Positions 1-13,700 of a stretch of DNA of 64,000 bases are shown here, in pieces. The notes below the pieces were generated by a model. It had not been told where the DNA came from. It worked only from the letters and a program-made list of their open reading frames with translations, and did not search any database. The stretch is from Raillietiella orientalis. Its lineage: Eukaryota. The first letter of the stretch is position 1, and every line of letters begins with the position of its first letter. The translations under genes were made by a program, and so were the position numbers. Location: NCBI GenBank assembly GCA_036172245.1, contig JAYWIR010000026.1, positions 1,240,001 through 1,304,000 of the forward strand, written 5' to 3'.

Positions 1-480
1 GTGTTTGCCTACTGGTGCTTTTATAAGCTTTTTCATCAGTAACCTCCCAATTATTAATACTCAGCTTAAATAAAACTTGGTTTCTGACTCAATTTCCAGG
101 ATCAAACAAAATTTCAAAATCACATCCCAGATGCTGCAATCATTTGCTATCATAAGAGACCAGATGACACCCCAGTTGACTTTCAGATTACAGTCAAAAG
201 TTCTTTTTGCTCAAAAGCCCATGGAGGCTTTCAGCCTTCAATGCTTCGAAAATTCTTTAATCCTACTTTCCTTGTTACATCTTTCACTGCTGAAGAGTTC
301 TCTGCAAAGTCATCCTGCACAGAAATCCATACTGAGAATCCTAACTATCCTCTACACTATCCCATACTCAGAATTACAATATACTTTGCTCGGATCAATA
401 TACTTTATCATCTTCTTGGAGAATTTGTTGATTCAAATTGTGAAAATCACATAAAAGAAAACATTGCTATGTAATTTGTT
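1..480 (-). mobile_element. Highly decayed non-LTR reverse transcriptase fragment (RTE-like)
   Basis: Minus-strand translation across stops and frameshifts gives DSQYGF followed by KRTFD..VNWGVIWSLM, resembling the RT motifs QxGF and KAFDxVxW in the expected order. Confidence 0.3.
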
Positions 481-3400
481 AGGCATTTTATTTTCTGTTT
501 TGTTTTATGCTAATTTTTATTTTTTTTTTGAGGTTACAGGAATCAGTCCAGCAAGTAATCAATGAATCTGAAATGCATAATAAATAGTAAGTGTAATGTA
601 GATCACCTCTCCCATTTCAACATTTTAGCCACAGGCAATACTCACAAATTAAGCATTTTCATTCTCATTTGCCTATTTTGTTTTTGCCAATAACATCCTC
701 TATTTTGAAAAATCAAATATCCACATGAAGTTCTACTTTCAACTTGTCTAACTTACAACTTCTAAACCAAGACTTCTTTAGATGTTCTTAACTTGACCAA
801 AATCTCTAGAAAATGAGTATGCGTGCATACTCATGTTTTTACTGATCTGCTACATGGTATGCTACTTGTCAAGATAACTAATCCATTAGATCTAGAAAAT
901 CAATCAATCTTTCCTGCCTGCAGAAGCTACTAGTCATCCTATGCAAAATATCACACCATCAAGTGTTCCTTGTAATAGCATAAATAAAACACCTCAACAT
1001 TCCTATATCAGGAAAGTATCTGAATAGAAAATGATGGAACTTTGTTCCAAGAAGTTCTGGCATTCCCATATGACCCAAATACTGGCTCAGCTCACTCTTC
1101 TGCAGAATTAATATTTTCATAAACAATTGTCAGTTATCACTGAAAGCTAGCCGAGAATAATAACCGCAATTCGACAAAATACAAGGAATGTGAAGAGCAA
1201 ACTCTTAGTTGGTGAGCTTATTCCTTGTTAATTACTACTGATTTCACAAATTATAAGTCCCTACAGTTTAAGATGGTTAACTACATAACCAAATCCATTT
1301 ATGTATACATCATAAAAATCATTTTTATCTTAGTGAAACTGCTGATGACTTCCATATTCATTAAGTAGCTGCAACAGAGCAATTACCCCAAATAATTGGT
1401 TAACTGAGTCTATACTAATGAAAACTATGCAAAAAAAGGCAACCTTTCAAAATTGCATCACACCTTACAATAACATGCATTTCTTATCCTCAAACATCAA
1501 AAACCTCTACTGAGCAATATAAAATATACAATTGACATTTTGCTGTTAAGTCTGACCATGAAAGTGATGTCATTATTAGGAAGGAATACATACTGATGAC
1601 CCATATTTCCAATTTCCAACTTAACTATAAAAAAAACGCTCATGCCAAAACAGCTGCATTCAACAAACTAAATTGCAGTATGGATAATGTTAATTCAGGG
1701 ACATTCATGCATATCTTATTATTCATACATCAGAATGAATAGGAAGCACAAAAGCTCAACTTGTAAAACAAGATGAGTGATTTTATGGATGATTTTGCGT
1801 AAATTTAGGTTTGGGCATTTCAGAATCGCAATGGAATGAAATTTTTAATTTTATGTTGAGTTATATCTCTGGGAATGTTGTGGTTTAGTAGAGAAAGACG
1901 AATTTAAGGTTAGGTCGAAACTAACCGTGTTATCACTTTTGTCTAAGAAAATATTCATGAGATGGAGCCGGTATGAAGTTCATATTTTAATCGTGAGATT
2001 AAAAAAGGAATTAATGATGTTAATGCAACGGCTGTGGAAAGTGTAAGGGACAGTGTGTGTTCCAACAAAGTTCTAGGCTAACAGCTATCGTCAACAGCCT
2101 TGCCAAAATTAAAGTTCAAATTCAATGCATTAAACAAACACATGTAAAGTGCACCAACACATACAAAGTGAACCACATGCTACTTCTTGTGAATTCATTA
2201 ATCAGATTGTGATTTTCCGCACCGAGGTTACCAACAAATATGGCATGATTGCTTCATAAATTTCTTTAATCAAGATAAGGGGCAGCTAAAAATCAAAGGT
2301 ATTCATGTAAAAACTCTAATTACTATAAAAAACTCTAAGTACTAGAAAAAACATATTCCAAATGCTGTCTGGTCGACTTCCAAATGAGAACTTAAAGCAA
2401 AATTGGTGCTCATTTATCCACAAGACTTGGGATCATGCTCGATCATGTTTTTCTTCTTGGAGGTATATCAACAAAACATCATTTTTGATCAGTACTTAAA
2501 GATACTCTCTTTATATTTTCTTAATGCAACGAGGGTAACTATAAATAAAAGCAAGGCTTCCCAAAATAATCAGTACATATCATACAGAGACTACCAAGAT
2601 GATGCGAATTCGGGAATGCATTGACTAAGTATATTGCCTTAGATAATAAACCACATTTACATTAAAAGAAACGACGCTAAAACTTTAACATGATAAACAC
2701 GAAATATGAACTACAGAAAATAAAAATCAGAATATTATCGACTGTATATAACAACTGCTATCAAAAGCCAAATGTTTCCATGGTCCACAGCACATTCATC
2801 GGTACCAAAAATCATGTGAATTTCACATAAATCAAGGCAACCAAATACTCTCATAAGGTCAGCACGGGGAAAAAGAAATCATACCAAACGAAAAAAAACA
2901 AACCTTGTCACTTTCCGTACGTGTAAAGTAAGCATAAACCACAATGTGGTCAAAACGATACCTTACCCAATACAGCACACCACAAACGCAAACATACGCA
3001 TTCCATTCACCCACGGCGGACTTCTGATCTTCCTTGAGGGAGCATCCTTCCGGGGATGCTGTAGGAATGGCTCGCACTCATCCGCAGCGACCAGCATCCA
3101 TCGGCGAACCCGTCTCACGAGAACGACGAAACAAACGTGATTGCCAGAAAAAGAGAAAGGTACAGAAGCGAGCAAACACCGTGCCTGTCGAGTATCTATG
3201 GACGAGCTCGCGACGCATAATCCTTTCTGCTCGCTGATCTGTCCTCCTCAAAGACAAACGAACAAGCAGTCCGACAAGTCAGTTCCTCGAGGAGGACCAC
3301 GGCAAAGCCGCTTCCTGCGGACACACGCGGGACTCTGCCGCATGCGCAGGCACGCCGGAGCGACCCCCGTGCTTCATGCGAGACCCAACTCTCCCTCCTA

Positions 3401-6400
3401 CTCCACTGCCCCTCCCCCAACCAGCTGGACTCTGCTTGCCCCGTTTCCCGTCCGACACCTGCGACCGATCCATTTCCTCAAAACGGTTCCCCTTCCGCGG
3501 GAAGTGCCCAGCGCCGTGCGCTGCCGTTCCGTTCTTCGCGCAATTCGACGCACCCCTTCGTCGACCCATGCCTGCAGCCGCACCTGCCCCGTTCCCGCTG
3601 GAACGCACGCGGGCCGACCCCCTGCGCAGCTCAGGTCTTCGAGTGGGCCTTCCGGAAAGGAAGGCAATTGCCCGATCGGTTGAGGGCGCGCAGCCGAGGC
3701 GTTCCGGGCCTGTCTGTCGATGCCACCCGCGCCATTTCGCGCATGAAACGCGCGTTCACCGGCTGTCGGGGTGAGCGCAATCGGAGGGCACCCTTTCGCG
3801 CGCAGACGGTGTGCGGGCGTCGGCCGCCGGCGATGAAAAGTGCCGTCCACCAGGAAGAAACAAACATTTTCAGCTTCGGTGCGCGGTCCCGACGCACCCG
3901 CAGCTGCGGCTGCTTGTTTCGCGATGCGGCACGTCATCTTTTCTCCTCTTCCGGGGACGGAGCCCGGCAGACTTCCCTCCGCAGCTCCTTCTGTTCCTCA
4001 TCTTTCGATATGGATTCCCAAGAAGTCTCGTGGAAGGAACAGATCCTTCCTTCTTGCACCTTGTGTAATCCGGAACCGGAGTGCATGTTTGACCTGAGCG
4101 ATCACTGGCAACACGGAGACCAGTGGATTATCGGGACTCGTGCTTCGATTGCCTTCCAGTATCCCACTTGCCGAACAGGATGCTGCAGGTGTATCCTGAA
4201 TGTTCCAGCGAGCGTGCCTTTTCTTTGCTGAAAGGTATCGACTGAGTCCGCAGAGGTCCCATTTGCTGATTCTTGTTCTCTTCCAGTGACGTGGAACGCG
4301 TTCCTCATCGCCGTTTGCTAGTTTGATGCCTTTCGATGAGGGTGGATGTTGAAAGGAGGTGGTCAGTGCGCTTCGAAGGCCACTGTTTCATCTATTGCTC
4401 GAAGGACTCCAGCTTGGCTCGCCAACAGACGCCATTGTGGGTTCCACTTCCCTTCGGGTTCGAAGATCTTCCGTGTTCGGAGTGAACTCGCACTTCTTTG
4501 GAACAATCTCTGATCCATGGGAACACGGCGGCTTCTTTAGGGATGGAGGATGAGCGCGTTGTGCATTTCACATTTCCATTACCTAAATCTGGAAGCGTCC
4601 CGAGGCTCCTGCCTTGGGATCGTGATGGGACAGCCGAATTCTTCGGCACAAAGCAGGGTAGGTCAAGGGCCTGCCTGCAAGCAAGGTTTCCTGTGAAGCG
4701 GTTAGTCTGCTGATGGACCTTTTTGCCAAAGTGGCGTAGGGAGAATATTTACTAATTTCTTCTGCTGCTTCTCTCACCGGGTCGCCAGTTTCAGGACCGA
4801 AAAATTCGGCACTCGAGCCTCGGATACCAGCGTTTGTAGGCGTAAAAGAGAGCGTTGCAGAATGCGCGAACGGAAACATCTTTTTATCCCTGTACTACGA
4901 AACTTGGAACTCGCCAGTTTGAACCAGCTGTCCTTTCTGCACCCATGCGACCTCACGTTCTTAACAGAGATTCCACTTCGAAAACCACTCAAGAGCTCCG
5001 CTGCATATCAACCGCACCCACTTCACACCATGATACCTACTCTCGTGCGACAATTGCGAGTGGATCAGATGGGACGTTTAGAGAATGCCAGGGCATACCT
5101 CCGTCTTAGCTGACCCGAGGATTTGTCAGAGACTATACTTATTCACCTGAGATGCGTATATATTTCTGCAGGAAAACCATCGCTTTGCAAGGACGGCATC
5201 CAGAGTATATCCGTTGCAATTAGATGCCTTTGAGGCGCTCAAGAGTACCCAAAGGTGTTGCAGCGATCGGGAAACCCTGATAACCTCATCATAATTCCGT
5301 CGATGCGTCTGCTAAGATTAGATTTAACACATTAAGCGATGTCGCTCTGTCCACAGTCCAACGGATTGCCATTCGCACAACTCTTCCTGAAGCAGGAGAT
5401 CCAAACACGAGTGAATCCTCCCGACTATTCTTACCAGTCCGACGCATCCAGAGCAAGCCCACCAAGACTTTTTCGAGATGCGTGAGACGGCCCTTTTGGT
5501 GGGGAAATTTCCAAGTCGTTGCCAAACGAACGCAAACTCGAACCCCGGCGGCCCAAGAAGGTCTTCGAGTGGAGCGAAGGAAAGCGAGGGGACAGACACG
5601 TCGGGTAAAAGCAGCGAGACCGCAGACACTTTTCTCCATCGCATACGCCGCGGTTCCAGTCACGTGGGGAACGCTCAACCCTTATTTAGGGATGCCTTCT
5701 TGCTCGACTCTTGTTTCGTTTGTACAGTTCGCGCAAGTCACGGAGGCGGGGATGTAGGGGTTTCTGTCTGTCTTCCGCCCTGGGGAGTTCGGTGGTAGAG
5801 TTCCTTCGTGAATGCTGCATCCTTGCGCGTTTTCGGTCAAACGTACCTGCGGACGAACCCGTGTTTCCTCGAAGGAAGGAATTTCTGACCAGTTGCCTCG
5901 TTGCTCCTGCTTGTATTGTCCCTTTCATGGTTTCACGCATCCCGCCCACCTCCCCTCGTCTTCCTCAACCAAAATTTTGCCTTCACTCACGAACGCCCCC
6001 ATAGCCCGATGGGTCTCGACACGCCTCACCATAACATGAATGACCGTCCCGCGGGCTACGCGATAGCCTGGGGAGCTCTTGATGCCAAATCGGCGAAAGA
6101 AAAACACATGGTCGTCGCTGATATCGCTGAGATCGAACGACTTCCTTTCGTAAGCGCCTTTTTGCCTCGAAGAACGAGTCGGTGCGACGTTGCGCAAGTG
6201 GGCCGCTGTTGCCGTTGCGCGCCCGGGCCGAAAGTGGAGCCCAAACGCAGGGGGCTTCCCAGGCAGGCGGTGCCGAAAGGGGTGGCTGCATTCACGGGAA
6301 CGGCGTTCGGCTGCAACCGTTGCTGCCGTCGCCGCACTTCCGTTCCACAGGTGGCCGCCTAGAGCGACAAGCGATGCATTCCAGCGCGAAGGTTCTTGCG

Positions 6401-7015
6401 CTTGACCAGGGATTGCGCTGCCTAGGGGTTTCGGCGCGAAACTTTCTACAGCTGCGTTCCCGAATTCCCGGAAACGCTTTGCTGCTGCAAGCACGCTCGA
6501 TGGCGCGGGCGAGCCGAAACAAGAACGAGCGAAAACGGAACCAGTAAGACCGGAGGCTGCGTTTATTTATACATCTCCTTAGCAGCGGAGTCAGCCACGG
6601 AGCTGCCCGCGTGCCTGGTTTCTCGTCTCCCGATCCCCGTTGGCACGCCGCATTCTGTACCATAATGAGATGCATAGTTTCATCTCTGGGCGAGCCGAAG
6701 CGACGCCATCAATGCAAGTTCGCTTAAATGGTTGTGCGTTTGAGAGTCCGCTGAAGCAAATGCCGCGCTATCGGGCGATTGGGCAAAGGTGGGAGCAAAG
6801 AATTTAGGGATGGCGTGCTCGCCCTGTCATCCATCCTGCTTACGCTAAAGAAAATAAAGCCACATTGTGTGTGCTGTGTTTTCATATGCGATGTTTGTTT
6901 TAGATGTTGTCAATTTTGGAAGGAAGGAAGAGTGCGGTTGCTTTATAATCTTTCTCGAAAGCATTTGGACTCGATTGCCAGGACGACTGAAGAGCAAGCG
7001 TCTTTGATGTGAAGG

Positions 7016-8017
7016 ATGTCGAGAACGGATCAAGCAAGTGAAGGCAGCCGATGGAACTTTCCTCATCTGGGTGTCCTCCTAGCTGCACTTTCCAGTCTGT
7101 TTTTCTCTCTGTGCTCGGTCGTGGTCAAGCGACTTCACTACTTGTCCCCATCACAGCTGGTGCTGTTTCGTTTCGTTGGAATGTTTTGTCCCAGCCTGCC
7201 AGTTATGCTCTGGCTGAGGAACGATGTCTTCCCCAAACCGCTCAGAGTGAAAATCATCCTCAGAGCAATAGTGGACTCGATCGCTCTGATGATGCAATTC
7301 TACGCATTTCAGAACATGCCTCTGGGCGATGCTTCCGTGATCTTGTTCAGTTTGCCGGTATTTGTGACCATTTTCTCGCGAATCTTCTTGAAGGAACCGT
7401 GCAACATTCTGACGATCACGTGCATCTTCTTGACATCGCTGGGAGTCTTGCTGATCACCAAACCGACTTTCATTTTCCGCAACCTGGATCCTTCCCAGAA
7501 AGTCAGCACCCTTGGCTCTCTGACAGCCATCGGGGCGCTTTTGCTGGCATCCTTAACGTATATTCTGATAAGAACCCTGAGGCACAGGCATTACTGCATC
7601 CTCTTGTTTGATTACAGCATCTTGTCGATGGCTTGCATGGTGGTCGTCTCGCTGGCAACTGGGACGTTCCGCTTCCCCACCTGCGGGTGGGATATTTTTC
7701 TCGCGGGGCTGCTGAGCCTGTTTAGTTTTCTTGGACAGGTTTTGTTCACGAAGGCGCTTAGCATAGAAAAGGCATCTCTGGTATCTGTGGCTCGGACAAT
7801 GGATATCGTGTTCGCGTTCGTTTGGGAGATCATCTGGTTCGACGAGCATCCGGATACACTCAGCATCGTCGGCTCCGTATTGGTCGTAAGCTCCGTTATC
7901 GTGACGACGCTCCAGAAGAAAATCGTCCTTCTACCCGAGGATTCGAAAACGAAAGAGAAATGGAAATTTCTGATCGTCGACAGGATACCCAGCTGTTTCC
8001 ACTGCGAAGAAGGTTGA
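7016..8017 (+). CDS. SLC35G1: Solute carrier family 35 member G1-like EamA/DMT transporter, 333 aa, single coding exon
   Basis: Uninterrupted ORF with about 10 hydrophobic segments in two EamA repeats (LGVLLAALSSLFFSLCSVVVK; FYAFQNMPLGDASVILFSLPVFVTIFSRIFLKEP; GQVLFTKALSIEKASLVSVARTMDIVFAFVWE), typical of metazoan SLC35G proteins. AATAAA at 8168-8173. Confidence 0.85.
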   Translation: MSRTDQASEGSRWNFPHLGVLLAALSSLFFSLCSVVVKRLHYLSPSQLVLFRFVGMFCPSLPVMLWLRNDVFPKPLRVKIILRAIVDSIALMMQFYAFQNMPLGDASVILFSLPVFVTIFSRIFLKEPCNILTITCIFLTSLGVLLITKPTFIFRNLDPSQKVSTLGSLTAIGALLLASLTYILIRTLRHRHYCILLFDYSILSMACMVVVSLATGTFRFPTCGWDIFLAGLLSLFSFLGQVLFTKALSIEKASLVSVARTMDIVFAFVWEIIWFDEHPDTLSIVGSVLVVSSVIVTTLQKKIVLLPEDSKTKEKWKFLIVDRIPSCFHCEEG

Positions 8018-10749
8018 GAAAAACCTGATCCCTAAACTGGTGTTTCTGGTTCACTGTTCTCCCCCGCACGCTCGTGCTCCCTCCATCGAAACGGAAATGG
8101 TATGCTGGACTCTCGATAACGGAACTGCATCCGATTCGCTCCGTGCAGCGTCAGCTGTGCATCCTGCAATAAAAGAAAAAGAAAAAAAAAAAGAAAAGAA
8201 CTGAATTTCAGCTTGCAAGTTTTCAGAACGGTGGGGGCACCGATTCTTCAGCGGAACGGAAGTGGTGTCCAACGACCGAAATCACGTCGCCCAAGGGCAC
8301 GAAGGGATTTCCACCGTTGCTGCCGATTCCTTGAGGGAGGGAACGTCTCTTGTACGTTGCACGCGCCGCGCTCTGTCATGCGGGTACCTCGAGTGGCATT
8401 TCGTCTTCGGCCCCGGTGGCGTTCTTGTCTTGGTTTCTTCAGGGTCCCTCTGCCTCCCGAAGCATGTCAGAATGGACAAGCATTCCCGAGAAGCAGGCTG
8501 AGGTACGGTTAGCGAAGACGGACATTCGAAAACGCCAGCCAATAGGCCGCATGTTCGGTGCGCGCGAACCTTCTCCCACCTCTGTGAAGACTCCATCACC
8601 CAGCAACGGTCATTCAGAGCGCATGTCGTGCGTTAGAGATGCCACGCAGTTCGTACGGACCTTCGCGCTTGGGAGCGGTCGTCGAACCCAGCTTCCAGGA
8701 TGCTCCTGAGACGGCTGCCGAGTTCCCCATGCAGCGCCTTTACATTCCAGAGATCCAGGATTCTACAGGAGAGGGTTGCACCTGGAGTGCTCCCGTCTGG
8801 TTCAACGCAGCGCCTCCCGCAGACGGAAAGTCATGACCCCTCTGCATGGTTCCGTTCAGATCCACGCGGCCGCGGACAAGAAAGTGCGCGGTCTTGTGCA
8901 TGCGGCAGGGCTTGCGTTCGGAAGGGGTTTCCTGTGTTTCCTTGTTTCTTCCAGCTGCAGCTTCCGACTTCAGGGGCTCCTTCCAGGGTGGACGTGAGGC
9001 GATACTCGAGCCCCCACAGTGGCCACACAATTGCGAGCGGTGGTCGGATCTCATCTGCCAATGCACATCCTCGCGAAGAAGCCGCCTCTCCCAAAGGATT
9101 CCTGGCCTCCTGCCAGGGCTTTCGGTTAACCGGATGCTGACGTGCAGGGAAGTGCTCCAGGCTACTGGTCGGAGATGCTGCCACGGGATCTTGAACTCTC
9201 TGAGCACCTCGGCAACCCTGGTGCGCTGCTGCCAGGGGCGCTGCGACATGCGCCCCTGGGTAACCCAGGGCTGCTGTTGGAGGCGAAGCAAAGGGCCGAT
9301 CCTGGACTGCCGCTTTCCTAGCTGAGCCTGGAAACCTCCCGGTTTGCTGGCAACCTCTAGAAGGTGAAGGAGGGCGGACCGCTCTCCTCTCGGAGGAGCC
9401 GAGCCTGGAAGGAGTTCCCCCCTCGGCTGCGCGTCAGAGGGTGGTTGACAGGTTTGCGCTTCTCGCTTCCGCGTCGACCCTTTCGATCATGGCGATTGGG
9501 CGCTTTGCCAAATTCGTGCTCTTCGTTGCACCGTTCGCTGCTGGAGAGGCTACTCTGCTTCTGTCCTCGATGGGACCGAAGGCCTCTTCCCGTTTTTGAT
9601 TTCGTAGCGGAAGGTGTCTGCTGGGGCCAACAGTTGCGTCTCTCACCTTCTTCCTCCACCTCATCCGTTGCACCACTCCCTGCTATGGAACTGCGCTTCG
9701 TACCCATCGGCGTTCCTGGCGACGCTCGTGTCCCTAGCAGCTCTTTAGCGAGGAACCGTGGATGGCTGCCACAGTGTCGTGTCGGTCTCAGTTCCAAGTT
9801 CCCAACGCTGAAATCCTTGAAGGATGTTGACGATGCGTCCTGATGGTGTACACGCTGCGTCGTGTGCACCGTTTGCTCGTCTTCGGCCGTTCATGGAGTC
9901 CTGGGGGATGGTTCCGGATGGGGATTCCAATGCAGCAGGCACAGTCAGAGTTTCCATTTCTCCTCTGCAGAGGTCTTCACTCCGCTAAGCGTTCTTTTTC
10001 GAAGGTTCGTTTCTATTGGACGCCCATGGGGATTGTGATTAGGGCTGCTGCATTCCGGTCAATAGAATACGGATGCGGGCGCTCTTTCTAGCTGGATTCA
10101 GGCGATTGGGATCGCGCAGGAGAGAGGCAAAGCGCCCCTCGAGTTTCGTCACCGATCGCAGCTCGATCCTATATCCCGGAAGAGATCCTGTGGAAACGCA
10201 GTCCACGTGGCGAAGCGACGGAGGAAACTTGCCTCAGACGTTTTACGAGTGCACCTTCAACTTGGTCGCTCTGCGTGACCTGGGGGGTTCGGGTCTTGAA
10301 GGTCTCATGGAATCAGATGATTTCCCAGATGGTGCAGAGGCAGAAGCACCAAGGTGCAGAGGATTGCGCGCGCTGCTTGCGGCCAAGCTTTGGGACACCA
10401 TTGCATCGAAGTGCCGTGGACTGAGCTAATTTCGTTCTGGAGCTGCTCTTTCCAAAAGAAGATCCGCGGAGGAGCGTCGATCGTGTACCTTCCGCATTCT
10501 ATTCGTACCTGCGGAAGAAAACGCGGCTCTCAAGAACAACTGTAGGTGTGAAAGCGTTCGAGAAGCATTTTCTAGAGTTCTATCTGGTTCAAACGACCTT
10601 CCGCTGAGCTCCTTGGCACCCATCTCCTCGAATTCACCTCACTTTGTTTCTCTCTTCGGCCTTCCCCGAGAAGAGAAAGTGTAGCAGCCAAGGGATTGCA
10701 GCTGCCAAAATGCCGGTGCGTCATGCAAGCGTCATCTTCATGCTAATCT

Positions 10750-13700
10750 CGAAACCCCACGGTCATCTCACCCGCCTCGGAGGAGACGGACTCCTCCGCA
10801 CCGGTATCCTCCCAGCAGTAATGCAGGGAATCTCCTCCCGCCATCGTCTGCGCATCGCTGTTTGGAACGTCAACAGCATGACAGACGCCGGCAGGAGACG
10901 AGACATGGCCGCCCTTCTAGTATCCTTCGACCTTGAGCTGCTGCAGGTGATCCATGTGATCTCTACAGAACATGCGCAGTAGATCGAGCGGATCTCCGGA
11001 GGGCGGCTGTGGTATCGGTGTGGAACACGAAAGAGTTGTGGTGTTGCTTTCTTGCTTCGGCCAGCCGTCGAGGCCGCGGCGCGGGGCGTGCGGTTCGACG
11101 ATCAAGGTCGCATCGGCCAGCTGATTCTCAGGTGATCCGACTCGATGGACTGGTCGACACCAACGTGTTACGCCCCGGGCGGCGCGAACCTACCGACCAG
11201 GAGGACAATGAAAGAATTTTTCCTTGCCCTCCGGTGCAACTGACTGACCGTGGCAGGCGTGCGGAATGCCTATCTTGCAGGCGATTTTAACGTTCGCCTT
11301 TTGGTTTTGCCGGTGACTGCGGAGCGTCACCAAAGTTGCATGGCCCATTCCTCTTAATTACACTTTTCTTTTTTTTTTGTAGACCCTTCCTCCCCTATTC
11401 GTGCACGTTCTTCCGTTTTCCTGGACTGCGTGGCAGCAGTCCATCTCCGTTGTACGTTTTCGTAGTCGTTGGCTGGAAACAACTGTTTCCAGCTAGTTAA
11501 TATCAATAAACGTCCCGGCGTGACCGGGTAAGAAATTTTAACGTTCGCCTGAAACCAGATGGGCCGAATCACGAGCGAAACCTGGTCAACGAGGTGTGCG
11601 CGGCGGTGCACACTTGTAATTTGTTGGCCAGTGTACCAGGGATGGAGGGCAGCATAGATCACGTGTTCCTTGACGACCACCTGTGCCCTCGCGTGGGCAG
11701 ACGCGGCAAGGTACCGTCCGAGCTGTCTGACCATCGCCCGATCGTGCTCGAGATTCATCCGCGCGACAGGGGCCCCCCTCGTCAGCGTGGCGTCTCCCAG
11801 GGGACTGGCTGAAGCTCCCGGACGCCGCGGAACATCTACGCACGTTTACACGGAGCTTCAGGATGCTAATACTTTCGGATTGGGACCGCTTCAAGCGCTC
11901 GGTCCAGGAGTTCTGCAAACAGTTCCCTCTGCACCGCCTACCTGCGGAATTTTGGGACAGGATGCGTAACGAAAGGGCGTTTTTGCACGCTCGACGTTAC
12001 GCGAGGATCCCCGACATCCGCAGGCCAGCGGAGTACAGAGCGGGAGCCGAGACGCAAGCCTGGCAGTCCGGATCGGCCAGCTTGCTGGACGATCAGGGCC
12101 AGGAACACTCGGCCCCCACTCAGGTTCGCGGTCTTCTGTGGTGTTTTTGTTCCTACCTATACGCGAGAATGCCTCCTGAGAGGGATGTCGCACATCTCCT
12201 GCTCCCGGGATGCGTTCCAGCGATCGGGGAGGAGGAGAGAAAGACCCTCGACGAGCCTTTCACGATGGGCGAGATGATCTCGGCCATCGGAAAGCTCAAG
12301 AGACGCAAGGCTCCAGGGAACGGAATAAAAGGTTCCAGGGGAGGACGGCCTGCCCGCGGAGTTCTATCAAACTTTCGCGGCAGAGCTTATCCCCTTGGTA
12401 CATCAACTCACCTTGCTGGTTCGCGAGACAGGTGACGTTCCCGCCTCGTTTCGCTCGGCAAAGTTGCGGCTCCTCCCTAAAGAAGGAGATCTGAGGAGTG
12501 TGAACAACTGGCGTCCCATCACAATAGTGAATGTGGACGCCAAGTTGCTAGCGAAGGTTTGGGCAGAGCGTTTGGGACGGAATGCAAACGCCTTCATCAG
12601 CCCGGAACAGACGTATGCTGTTCTGGGGCGAAGCATGGAGGCGAACCTGTTCCACGCTCCCACCTGGCTAGAGCTCCAACACGAAAGGGGTTTGGTGCGC
12701 AGCCGGAATTCCGGTGCGTCTGTCGGCAAGGGACCGGATGGTTGGGTGGAGGAGGGAGCCCTTGCGGTCGCAGTCGACTTGCGGAAAGCATTCGACTGCG
12801 TCGACCAGAATCTCCTGCTGGAGATTCTGGAACGCTTGAGCTTCGCGGCCTCTTTGTTGGCATATCTGCGCTCCAGCTGGCGCGATGTGCTCATCAACGT
12901 TTCTTTCAGCGGGCAGACCGTGCATGGCGTACCGGTGCGATGCGGCATACTGAGGGGAGACAGCCTGAGTCCCTTGCTCTTCAGTACCTACTTTGAGTTG
13001 GTACTGAGTGCGTACAGAGAAACTCTGGCGCACTTGCCGCACGACTGCGCCGGTACGCCGGCGGTTTCAGCGTACGCGGACGATCTTCTGCTGCTGCTCC
13101 CTATGTCCACCCCGGCTTCGGCGGTCGAGGAGTTCTTCAACCTGCTGAATCGGGAAACCGGACTTAAGGTGAACAGGGCGAAGTCGTCCGTGATGCCAGA
13201 TGGTGCGGCGTGGGCAGGGCAGCAGGACTGGGTCCGCTTATGGATCCCCACGGTGAGGTACTTCAAGTAATTCGGTGTGCCGCTGGGGAACTATCCTCCT
13301 GCGGAAGCGTGATCCCGCTTCCTCCAGAAAGTAGAGACGACGATCGTCCCGTTCCAACATGGCAGGTTTTTCCTTCAGGAACGAGCCGCAGTTTGGAACA
13401 CGTTCGCGGCTCCTCTCCTCCGCCCTCTGCTTTTTGTTTACCCCTCCACAGAGAGAATCAAAAAGCGGGCAAAGGACCTCCTCCGTATTGCCCTTTGGGG
13501 CAACGGGAGGGTCTGAGTCCGGTTGAAGGACTTTTGCGCTCCGCGTTGCGACGGCGGTCTCGGCCTCCTGACGCTGGAGCGGCTGGAGCCTCAGCTCCAG
13601 TTCCGTATGATGGCCGTTCTGCCGAAGTTGTGGTGCACCTCCTGGTGCGTCCTTGCACGCCTCCTCTTCATGCAAGCCACCGGCAAGACGGGACTCACGT

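Noticed and set aside
100..474. Plus-strand open frame after a TTTCCAG acceptor-like site
   Set aside because: No recognisable product, no in-phase upstream exon, and the opposite strand carries RT-like remnants.
813..834. Perfect 10-bp inverted repeat ATGAGTATGC-GT-GCATACTCAT
   Set aside because: Isolated; spacing to the nearby CTAG does not fit a Helitron end and no partner terminus was found.
3000..6700. Many overlapping GC-rich ORFs and a CTLC motif near 4055
   Set aside because: Arg/Pro/Ser-rich frames on both strands are expected at this GC content; no domain or consistent splicing.
7016..8017. Bacterial origin (HGT or contamination) of the EamA gene
   Set aside because: Motifs fit metazoan SLC35G and the context is eukaryotic, with no operon.
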